From an uncultured archaeon (lineage in GTDB: Archaea > Thermoproteota > Nitrososphaeria > Nitrososphaerales > Gagatemarchaeaceae), in contig CAWFOU010000007.1 in NCBI GenBank assembly GCA_963817525.1, positions 160,001 through 224,000 of the forward strand: a stretch of DNA of 64,000 nt, given 5' to 3'. Every line of letters begins with the position of its first letter. Position 1 is the first letter of the stretch. The position numbers and the translations under genes are program-made. Positions 56,245 to 64,000 of this stretch are shown here, piece after piece. The notes below the pieces were generated by a model. That model saw only the letters and a program-made list of their open reading frames with translations, was not told the origin of the DNA and did no database searches.

Positions 56245-56643
56245 GCCGTGAGCCAGTCAACCAGCTTCTCGGGAGCCTCTGACTCTATCTCCAGGTTGAG
56301 CGGCCCAAGGGGAGACTCCACCGCGTTCGAGCAGAGGGCCAGGACCCCGGCGGCGGCGGCCTGCCGATTGAGCTTGAGCGGGAGGACCTGCCCCTCCAGG
56401 CTTGCGAGCATCAGCCTCCGCGCCGCGTCCCTCACGTGCCTGTCCCTGAGCTGGTCGTGGAGCTTCTGGAGGCATCTCGACGAGGCTGAGACGGATGCGG
56501 ATGGAGGCCGCCCCCTCTTCGACGGAGTAGTCGCAATCGCCGAGGACCTGGCGCATCGCGGCCAGCACCTTCTGGGGGTCCTCCGAGGCGGAGACGGTCG
56601 CGCGCAGCTCTATCCTGTTCGCGGGCGGAGCGGCCTCAGGCAG
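56238..56643 (-). CDS. UPF0201-like RNA-binding protein, one frameshift near 56495
   Basis: IELRATVSASEDPQKV in one frame; LQKLHDQLRDRHVRDAARR..LNRQAA..ESPLGP in the next. Confidence 0.75.
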
Positions 56644-57187
56644 TCGTGCTCACCCACCATTCTACGAGCTCGACGGCTCGGTTCCCTAGCTCCTCGGGGG
56701 TATCGTGCTCGTTGGAGAGGACGTCGTCGGCCAGTGCGACCGCGTCCCCCACCCCGATGGTAAGCTCCCTCTTCTCGCGCTCGTCGAAGCCCTCCCTGCT
56801 GGTGGGCGCGTCGCTCCTCGCCCTCTCGCTCAGTAGCCTGAAGCGCCTCTCCGGCGACGCGTGGATGGCGAGGACCTTGACCTTCCCGTGGCTGGCGAAG
56901 ACCTCCGCCTCCGCGAGCGACCTGAGCCCGTCGACTATCACGACCTTCTCCTTCATCGCCTTGATGGACCTGAGGCAGACCTCGGCCACCGCTCCGGGCC
57001 CGTACTCCCGGCGGAGCTCCAGCATGACCTTGCCCGTGTTCTTCTCGTTCGGCTCCAGCCCCCGTCTCCGAGTCTCCTCGCGAATCACGTCCCCCATCAC
57101 GACGAGTTCGAACCCGTGGACCTCGAGAGCCTTGGCCGCCGTCGACTTGCCCGCCCCCGGCATCCCAGTGATCGCTACTATCAGCAT
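56636..57187 (-). CDS. UPF0200 P-loop kinase (CoaE-like)
   Basis: ITGMPGAGKS, MGDVIREE, DGLRS and HASPERRF. Confidence 0.88.
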   Translation of the reverse strand: MLIVAITGMPGAGKSTAAKALEVHGFELVVMGDVIREETRRRGLEPNEKNTGKVMLELRREYGPGAVAEVCLRSIKAMKEKVVIVDGLRSLAEAEVFASHGKVKVLAIHASPERRFRLLSERARSDAPTSREGFDEREKRELTIGVGDAVALADDVLSNEHDTPEELGNRAVELVEWWVSTTA

Positions 57188-57242
57188 CCTAGCCTCCTTA
57201 AGACAATCGCCGCTATAACAACAGCGCGGAATCGATGGTTCG

Positions 57243-57792
57243 CTAACCGCGGCCTTTGAGCCTAGGTCTGGGGCGATTCGCACTCTCGGCGACTTTGCGA
57301 ACAAAGTCGTCGTTCCACCCGAAGTTCCGCCTTCGCAGCTCTCTGGCATCCAGGAACAGGAGCTCCTTCCAGTGCGGGCGCTTCCGCGGCGTTTCGGATG
57401 ACGTCACCTCGTAGGCGAACGCCAGGTCCCAGTGCCTGTTACCCGGATACCAGGTGCTCGGCTCAGAGTAGGAGAGCACCCTCGGATCCGAGTGCTCAAA
57501 GGCGGGTATTCCAAGCTGCCCCTTGACCACCCGCCTCAGCGCCTCCTCAGGGTGCTCCCCCTCGACGAGGTAAGCCGACGGCAGACGCCAGAGCACCGCC
57601 TCTCGGTCCGGCTCGTCGGTGTCCTTCCTGTTGCTTGGGAGCCACTCCGAGTCCCACCTCCCCCCGGGCTCGGAGACCCCGACGAGGAGCCCGTCCTCGT
57701 CCCTCACGACGCGCGAAGACGCTGATGCACATGCCGGCCGCCGGGGGCGGATTGTATCTGTCCAGAGGACCGAAGCGCGCGAGCTTTGGCAG
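57243..57792 (-). CDS. NUDIX-fold protein, one frameshift near 57712
   Basis: WRLPSAYLVEGEHPEEALRR...LG Nudix-like box; the N-terminal GMCISVFA strand lies in an adjacent frame. Confidence 0.7.
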
Positions 57793-57911
57793 GTAAGGTC
57801 GGTGGTCGCTTGCGTTTTTGCTATTTTAACTCTGAGAGGGCGTCAGGGACCGGACGGGATGCGTCCCGATGGCCGTTTACCTTGTCATCGTAAAATAGGA
57901 GGCGGGCGCAG

Positions 57912-58484
57912 GTGGAGGAGGAGCAAGAGAGCCTGCGAGCATTCTTCGCGTTCGAGGTGTCCCCAGAGGTAAGAGGGAACCTCATGAAGGTCGAGGAGGA
58001 GCTGAGGCAGACGCGGGCTGACATCAAGCTCGTGGAGAGGGAGAACCTCCACTTCACGGTGAAGTTCCTCGGAGAGATCCCTGAGAGCCTCGTGGTGGAG
58101 GTGGACCGCAGGATAGTGACCCTGGCGCTGAGGATGATGGAGGTCGGCGTCCGCGGCCTGGGGGCTTTCCCCGACGGGAGGCGGCCACGCGTGGTCTGGG
58201 CGGGCGTCGCCCCGCAGGACCTCGCCGCGCTGACCAGCCAGGGGCAGCAGGTGATAGACGCGCTCGACGGGATAGGAGAGAGCGACGACCGCGGCTTCCA
58301 CCCCCACATCACGCTCGCCCGCGTCCGCTCCCCGAGGAACCCAGAGGCGCTGGCCGCCATCCTACGCGACTCGGCCGCGAGGGAGTTCGGAAGGACGACG
58401 ATAACGGCGCTGAAGCTAAAGTCGAGCAGCCTCACTCCGAACGGTCCGACCTATAGAGACGTGAGGGAGTATCCTCTCCAGTGA
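57912..58484 (+). CDS. thpR: RNA 2',3'-cyclic phosphodiesterase (2'-5' RNA ligase)
   Basis: Two HxT motifs (LHFTVKFLG, PHITLAR); upstream of cca. Confidence 0.95.
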   Translation: MEEEQESLRAFFAFEVSPEVRGNLMKVEEELRQTRADIKLVERENLHFTVKFLGEIPESLVVEVDRRIVTLALRMMEVGVRGLGAFPDGRRPRVVWAGVAPQDLAALTSQGQQVIDALDGIGESDDRGFHPHITLARVRSPRNPEALAAILRDSAAREFGRTTITALKLKSSSLTPNGPTYRDVREYPLQ

Positions 58485-59806
58485 CAGCCGCGACAGAGAA
58501 GGTCCTGGCCCAGGCGAGGGCCGTCGTGGTGCCGAGCCCCGCGTCCAGGAGGGAGACGGTCAGGGTGGCCGAGAAGGTCCTCTCGAAGGTGAAGGAGGCG
58601 GCCAGGCCGCACGCCGAGGTCGCGGGTGTCCTCCTGGGTGGGTCCTTCGCCAAGGACACCTGGCTGCCCAGCGACGTCGACATCGACGTCTTCGTGAAGA
58701 TAGCCCCCACTGTGGACGAGCGCACGTTCGAGGAGGTCGGGCTCGCGGTTGGGAGGGAGGCGCTGCGGGGCTACAAGCCGGGCAAGAAGTACGCCCAGCA
58801 CCCCTACACGGAGGCCACGGTCGACGGGTTCAAGGTCAACGTAGTGCCCTGCTACGACGTGAAGCTGGGCGAGTGGAAGAGCGCCGCCGACAGGTCGGTC
58901 CACCACGTCGAGTTCGTCAGGAAGAACCTCGACGACGAGGCGAGGGTGCAGGTGAGGCTGCTCAAGAAGTTCATGAAGGCGGTGGGCGTGTACGGGGCGG
59001 AGATACAGCAGGAGGGCTTCAGCGGATACGCGACGGAGGTGCTCATCCACGAATACACGACGTTCGAGTCGGCCCTCGGCTCGTTCTCCGTCTTCGTCCC
59101 GGACTCCCAGGAAGAGTACTTCACTCTCTTCGACCCCATCGACGACAAGAGAGACCTGGGCAAGGCCATGTCGAAGGAGACCGTCGCGAAGATGGTCGTC
59201 GCCTCGCGCGCGTTCCTCGGCTCGCCGTCGGCGGCGTATTTCAAGAAGGCAAGTGGGAAGGCGAGGCCCGGTCTCCAGGGCAGGGCCTACGTGATAGCCT
59301 TCGAGCACGTGGAGCTCAGCGAGGACACGCTCTGGGGAGAACTGAAGCGTAGCTCGAGGCAGATAGCGAAGCACGCGCGAGAAGAGGGGTTCGAGCTCGC
59401 CCGTGTGGAGGCTGCCTCCGACAACAAGCGCTCGAGCGCCATCATCCTACTCCCGCTGGTGGACGAACTCCCCGACCTGGAGGAGAGGCTCGGGCCCGGG
59501 GTCGAACTCGGGGAGGGGTCGAAGAGCTTCGTCTCCAAGAACAAGGGCTCGGCCAAGCTGATATGGGTGGGGGACGACGGGCGCCTGCGGCTTCTCGCGG
59601 AGAGGCGATACACCTCGCTGGGGATGCTGCTCGAGGAGGTCCTGAAGACGCGCGCTGAGAAGATCGGCGTCTCCAAGGAGGTGGCAGAGGCGCTGAAGAA
59701 GAACGGGAGGGTCCTTCGCGGGGCGAAGCTCTCCCGTGAGGCAGGTCGGAAGGCCTGGCTAAGGGAGGGGCTTGCTAGGGCCATCTCCGACACCGTCGGG
59801 GTCTGA
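58481..59806 (+). CDS. cca: Archaeal CCA tRNA nucleotidyltransferase
   Basis: GSFAKDTWL..DVDIDVF, YAQHPY, SAADRS and YGAEI..GFSGY. Confidence 0.96.
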   Translation: MTAATEKVLAQARAVVVPSPASRRETVRVAEKVLSKVKEAARPHAEVAGVLLGGSFAKDTWLPSDVDIDVFVKIAPTVDERTFEEVGLAVGREALRGYKPGKKYAQHPYTEATVDGFKVNVVPCYDVKLGEWKSAADRSVHHVEFVRKNLDDEARVQVRLLKKFMKAVGVYGAEIQQEGFSGYATEVLIHEYTTFESALGSFSVFVPDSQEEYFTLFDPIDDKRDLGKAMSKETVAKMVVASRAFLGSPSAAYFKKASGKARPGLQGRAYVIAFEHVELSEDTLWGELKRSSRQIAKHAREEGFELARVEAASDNKRSSAIILLPLVDELPDLEERLGPGVELGEGSKSFVSKNKGSAKLIWVGDDGRLRLLAERRYTSLGMLLEEVLKTRAEKIGVSKEVAEALKKNGRVLRGAKLSREAGRKAWLREGLARAISDTVGV

Positions 59807-59848
59807 GCGGGGAAGGTCGGTTGCGCACAGCGTTGAGCGAGGCGACTC

Positions 59849-60650
59849 ATGCCTAAGCCAAAGCCAGGGCGGCCTCAGACCACGTCGGAGACCATCGAAG
59901 TGAAGCAGTTCGACAGGATGCCCTACCTCGCCATGCTCACCTACCCGAAGCCCGACCTGAGGCTGGCGAAGTCGAGGATGAAGCAGCTCGCCGAGCTGGG
60001 CATCGACCGGGTAACCTTCGAGGGGCGCACCAAGATCGGAAGGCTGGGGCTGGTCGGCATCGGGACGGTCGGGCTCGTCGTGAAGGGGACGGGGAAGGGG
60101 CCCGAGGTCTTCGCGCTGAAGATCAGGAGGGCGGACGCGAACCGCGAGAGCATGGCGGAGGAGTTCAGGCTCACCCGATTAGCCAACAGGGTGAGGGTCG
60201 GGGCGCCGGTCTATCGCGTGCACCAGAGACATCATGTCGATGCGCTACGTCAAGGGAATCGAGCTGGAGGACTACGTGAAGGCCGCGACAGGAAAGGGGA
60301 GCGCCAGGAGGGTCAGGGGCATGGCCCACGCCATCCTCAACCAGTGCAGGAAGCTCGACCTGATAGGCCTAGACCACGGGCAGTTGAGCAACCTCAGGAA
60401 GCACGTGATAATCGACGGGGAGACCCCCTACGTCATCGACTTCGAGTCGGCCAGCCAGAACAGGGCGGTGAAGAACGTCACCGCCGCGGCGCAGTTCCTC
60501 TTCATAGGGAGCAGCGTCGCGCCTCGGGTCAAGAGGATACTCAGCATCAAGAGCTCCGACGAGACCCTCGAGGCGCTCAAGCGATACAAGGGCGAGATGT
60601 CGGACGAGAACTATGTTCGCCTTCTCGGGACCTTCGGCGTGATGACCTGA
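59849..60650 (+). CDS. Atypical (RIO-like) Ser/Thr kinase, frameshift near 60215
   Basis: GIGTVGLV and ALKIRR in one frame; LDHGQLS..HVII and IDFESAS in the next. Confidence 0.85.
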
Positions 60651-60673
60651 GCTCGAGAAGCCACAGGCGACTG

Positions 60674-61303
60674 CTATTCAGCCGGGCGCCTTCCAAGGCG
60701 AGGGACCACCAAGAGGACCACTATGACCACGTACCACATGTCGAACCTCAGGTATTCCCCAAGAGGCACCGGCGTCCAGAAGATGGGGAGCGCCGAAGCC
60801 ACGAACACCACGCCCCCTATCGACAGGGCTGCCACGGACCACCTGAACCGTCTGAGCCTTGCTGGAGGCAAGTCAGCGAGGCCGCCTCTCCTCTCCTCGC
60901 TCAACAATATGCGGTCAAGCCCGGCGAGGATGAAGAGCATGGCCCCCACGTCCAGAGCGTAGGAGGCGGCGGCGAACGCCAGGAACGGGGGCTGGGCCTC
61001 CTCTTGGACGTAGAACAGGTAGGGCTCGACCGCGACGCAGAAGAGGAGCATGACGTTCAGGACATAGGTGCCGCGTACCTCGAGCGGGAGCGCCGTCATC
61101 ACCGCCGTGTAGCTGCTCCATATCCACACGACCAACAGAAAACTGAAGCCGAAAATCGCGACGCCCGTCACGAGGTCGGTCGGAGTCTGCGGCAGCTTGG
61201 AAATCAAGACGATCGACCCTATCGACAGCGCGAGGCCGAAGACCAGGTCGGAGAGGTTCTCGATCCTGTTCCTGATCTTCGGAGCGTTGGGTGGTTCGGA
61301 CAT
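60674..61303 (-). CDS. TMEM175 family K+ channel-like protein
   Basis: RIENLSDLVFGLALSI (RxxxFSD-like) and six TM helices. Confidence 0.8.
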   Translation of the reverse strand: MSEPPNAPKIRNRIENLSDLVFGLALSIGSIVLISKLPQTPTDLVTGVAIFGFSFLLVVWIWSSYTAVMTALPLEVRGTYVLNVMLLFCVAVEPYLFYVQEEAQPPFLAFAAASYALDVGAMLFILAGLDRILLSEERRGGLADLPPARLRRFRWSVAALSIGGVVFVASALPIFWTPVPLGEYLRFDMWYVVIVVLLVVPRLGRRPAE

Positions 61304-61419
61304 TTCCAGACTCGGGCAGCCGTGGCAATCCTCTCGGCCGCATATTTATGGGGGACATCGAATCCGATCCTGCAGAAGAGTAACGAGCCCGACGGGCCCG
61401 CCCGTATCATTTATCTAAC

Positions 61420-61977
61420 GTGCAGACTAACTCGGTCTCGGATTTGGCCCGCGTCAAGGACGTGATGACCCCGGACGCCGACATCCCGAAGGTGACAACC
61501 GAGACGACCGTGCTAGAGGCCGCGCGCGTGATGAACGAGGAAGGGACGTCGGGAGTGGCGGTCGTGAATGGAGAGCGCAAGGTCGTCGGGGTCTTCGGTG
61601 AAAGGACCATCCTGACAGAGTTTGTGAAGCTGAACACAAGGCCGGATGGTGTCAAGGTGGGCAAGATCATGCACATCCTTCCCAGGATAGACCCTAAAGC
61701 GACCACGAAAGAGGCCGCAAAGATGCTCGTCGATAGCGGGGCAACGCGACTGGCGGTCTACAACGCTGACAGGTTTCTTGGATGGGTGACTTTGACCGAC
61801 CTCTCCAGGGAGTTCAGCAAAGAGGGCCTTCTGGACCGGCTGCGGGGTCGGGACATCCCTGAAGCGGAGGAGGAGGTCCGGTGCCCGAACTGCAACAAGG
61901 CGTTCATGGAGAAGGTGACGGACAAGGAGGGCATAATCGTCCGATGGCAGTGCCCGAACTGCGGATACGCCTTGTAG
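61420..61977 (+). CDS. CBS-pair protein with C-terminal zinc ribbon
   Basis: Two CBS domains and CPNC...CPNC. Confidence 0.88.
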   Translation: MQTNSVSDLARVKDVMTPDADIPKVTTETTVLEAARVMNEEGTSGVAVVNGERKVVGVFGERTILTEFVKLNTRPDGVKVGKIMHILPRIDPKATTKEAAKMLVDSGATRLAVYNADRFLGWVTLTDLSREFSKEGLLDRLRGRDIPEAEEEVRCPNCNKAFMEKVTDKEGIIVRWQCPNCGYAL

Positions 61978-62075
61978 CCGCCACGACCTGGATTATGCTC
62001 TCGCCACGAGCCTACCGCACGTTCGGCGTGACAACCTAAGCTTTAAACCGGCAATAATTTCCACGCGACCCACGG

Positions 62076-62150
62076 GGGGTCGTAGTCTAGATTGGTCAAG
62101 ATTCTTGCTTGGGGTGCAAGAGATCGTGAGTTCAAATCTCACCGACCCCA
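62076..62150 (+). tRNA. tRNA-Pro(GGG), no intron, CCA not encoded
   Basis: Acceptor GGGGTCG/CGACCCC+A; anticodon arm CTTGC-TTGGGGT-GCAAG; T arm GTGAG-TTCAAAT-CTCAC; TTTAAA box at 62042. Confidence 0.95.
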
Positions 62151-62218
62151 TTACACTTGCTCGCCCTGAGGTTGGAACCTGCCTTTTGCGCGCCGAGCGG
62201 CGCCATCCTTTGGTAGGT

Positions 62219-62566
62219 CTAGACCTCGAACGTGATTTGCACGGTTAGTCCCAGGGGGACGCTTACGCCAACCGTGTAGCTTGCGGCCTTCAGGAAGGTC
62301 GCAAGGGCCTCCAAGGCAGACTTAATCTTCTGAATCCAGCCTTGCAGACTTGCTATCGCCCCTGGGGGGGCCGGTGGCGCCGGAGTCAGGGGCCGCGCCG
62401 ACCCGGCTTGGCTCGCTTCAAACGACATGGCGCTGTTAATCCTTGAGGTGACAGTGACGAGGTTGGCCAGGACCGCGTAGGCTTGTTGGTCGCTCTTGAT
62501 CCTTCGGGAGGACTTCAGGATGCCGCTCAGGTCGCTTTCGATTGCCGCGACTTCGCTCGAGCTCAT
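62219..62566 (-). CDS. Hypothetical protein
   Basis: ATG 62566 after TATA-like TATA; helical N-terminal part and a C-terminal beta-hairpin SYTVGVSVPLGLTVQITF. Confidence 0.55.
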   Translation of the reverse strand: MSSSEVAAIESDLSGILKSSRRIKSDQQAYAVLANLVTVTSRINSAMSFEASQAGSARPLTPAPPAPPGAIASLQGWIQKIKSALEALATFLKAASYTVGVSVPLGLTVQITFEV

Positions 62567-62779
62567 CTCGAGACCTTTGGAAATGCGATGGTCGCTATAT
62601 ACTCGTCGACCGGCCTGGTTTCGAGTTCTGAGCGATGAGGCGGCTGTCGCCATTGTCCTTTTGTGAGACATTATTCTGCATGCGGAGACCGCGAGTCCAT
62701 GTCGCGCGACGTTTCGCAATAGATGAGAGGCGAGCGAGACAGGGTGTTTTTTATATCGGAGTGTACCCCATGACTACGC

Positions 62780-63268
62780 ATGTCCAAGGCCGGCGGTAGC
62801 AAAAAACCCTCGATTTTGAAGCCTGGCTCGAAGGCTCCGGACTTTACTCTCAAGACCACCCCAGACCAGAGCGTGTCTCTCCGAGACTTCCGCGGCGGAC
62901 CCGTGGTGCTCGCCTTCTACCCAGCCGATTGGAGCCCGGTCTGCAGCGACCAGATGGGGCTCTACGCCCAGGTCATGCCCGAGTTCAAGAAGTTCGACGC
63001 GGAGATCCTGGGAGTATCCGTCGACGGCATATGGACCCATCTCGCGTTCGCGAAGGACCGGAAGCTGAACTTCCCTCTTCTAGCGGACTTCGAGCCGAAG
63101 GGCGCCGTCTCCAAGGCCTACGGGGCGTACGAAGGCCGTACCGGCGAGTCGGCGAGAGCGCTCTTTGTGATAGACAGCAAGGGGATAATCAGATGGAGCT
63201 TTCTCTCACCGGACGGGGTCAACCCCGGCGCAGACGGCATACTCTCCGCACTGGAGAAGCTAAAGTAG
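62780..63268 (+). CDS. 1-Cys peroxiredoxin (AhpE-like)
   Basis: APDFTL, FYPADWSPVC, FPLLADF and RALFVID. Confidence 0.92.
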   Translation: MSKAGGSKKPSILKPGSKAPDFTLKTTPDQSVSLRDFRGGPVVLAFYPADWSPVCSDQMGLYAQVMPEFKKFDAEILGVSVDGIWTHLAFAKDRKLNFPLLADFEPKGAVSKAYGAYEGRTGESARALFVIDSKGIIRWSFLSPDGVNPGADGILSALEKLK

Positions 63269-63290
63269 CCCGCCACTGGAGTGAGATGGC

Positions 63291-63845
63291 ATGGCCCAAA
63301 ACTACAAGGCGCCCAGACTGACGATGCCAGTGGGAGAGCGGGACCACTCAGATGGGCCCTCGAACGCCCCGATGGTGCTCGTGGAGTACGGAGACTACCA
63401 GTGCCCGTACTGCGGCGCGGCCTACCCGATCGTGAAGAAGGTCCAGAAGGAGCTCGGGGCGAAGCTACGATTCGTGTTCAGGAACTTCCCGATCACAAAC
63501 GCGCACCCCTACGCCCAGTGGGCGGCGGAGACCGCAGAGGCCGCGGCCGCCCAAGGGAAGTTCTGGGAGATGCACGACTACCTCTACGAGAACCAGGGGT
63601 CGCTGGGCGACGAGGCGTTCTTCGCGAACTATGAGAAGAGGCTCAAGCTGGATTCGGCGAAGCTCAATCGCGAGCTCGCCCAGCACGTCTACGCAGCCCG
63701 GATCCAGGAAGACTTCATGAGCGGAGTCAGGAGCGGCGTCAACGGGACGCCCACCTTCTTCATCAACGGCGCGAGGTACGACGGCTACCCGGGGTTCGGT
63801 GACATGGTCGCGGCCCTAAAAGGGGCCTCCAAATCATCCGACTGA
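63291..63845 (+). CDS. DsbA-family thioredoxin protein
   Basis: EYGDYQCPYC, FRNFP and GVNGTPTFFING. Confidence 0.92.
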   Translation: MAQNYKAPRLTMPVGERDHSDGPSNAPMVLVEYGDYQCPYCGAAYPIVKKVQKELGAKLRFVFRNFPITNAHPYAQWAAETAEAAAAQGKFWEMHDYLYENQGSLGDEAFFANYEKRLKLDSAKLNRELAQHVYAARIQEDFMSGVRSGVNGTPTFFINGARYDGYPGFGDMVAALKGASKSSD

Positions 63846-64000
63846 GGCCGTCGCACGTACGATGGGTTCACTCGAAAGGGACAACCCCTCTTGCCCCGAG
63901 CGCCCACCTTCCAGCCTGACCGGGGCGGCCAGGTCATCGGCGCTGTGCAGGTCGCTCAAAGCTCGACCCGGACGCCCGGCTGCACGACGCGGACCGTGGT

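Noticed and set aside
59849-61465. 538-aa ORF as a single large kinase fusion
   Set aside because: After ~60215 the kinase continues in another frame; the rest is antisense to the TMEM175-like gene.

Overview
High-GC archaeal window. The gene set (GPN GTPase, archaeal CCA enzyme, RNase Z, Trm11, Spt4, uS5, CCA-less tRNA-Pro) and frequent TTG starts suggest a TACK archaeon, possibly a non-ammonia-oxidising Nitrososphaerota; this taxonomy is inferred. Layout: (1) 0-11.5 kb has accessory metabolism, including a Tat-signalled three-subunit molybdenum hydroxylase. (2) 11.5-25.5 kb is an envelope and regulatory region with two paralogous secreted proteins, ABC/MMPL/Kef transporters, wHTH regulators paired with membrane proteins, C2H2-like microproteins and a 45-bp promoter element shared by two loci. 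(3) 30-46 kb is an acyl-CoA mutase and methylcitrate locus (isobutyryl-CoA-mutase-type residues, MeaB, a degenerate BirA, PrpD/C/B). It is split by a ~6.5 kb Rhs polymorphic-toxin island whose C-terminus is a Pro/Thr/Ser stalk ending in a hydrophobic tip, followed by membrane immunity-like genes and orphan cassettes joined by direct repeats at two different junctions. (4) 46-64 kb is mostly housekeeping (dapAB, spt4-rps5, prs, tRNA maturation, tRNA-Pro, redoxins), with several single-base frameshifts that are probably sequencing errors and several apparent CTG starts. The best novelty candidates are the Rhs cassette system and the putative C2H2-microprotein/secreted-protein regulon. All family calls come from motif recognition by eye; no database searches were run.
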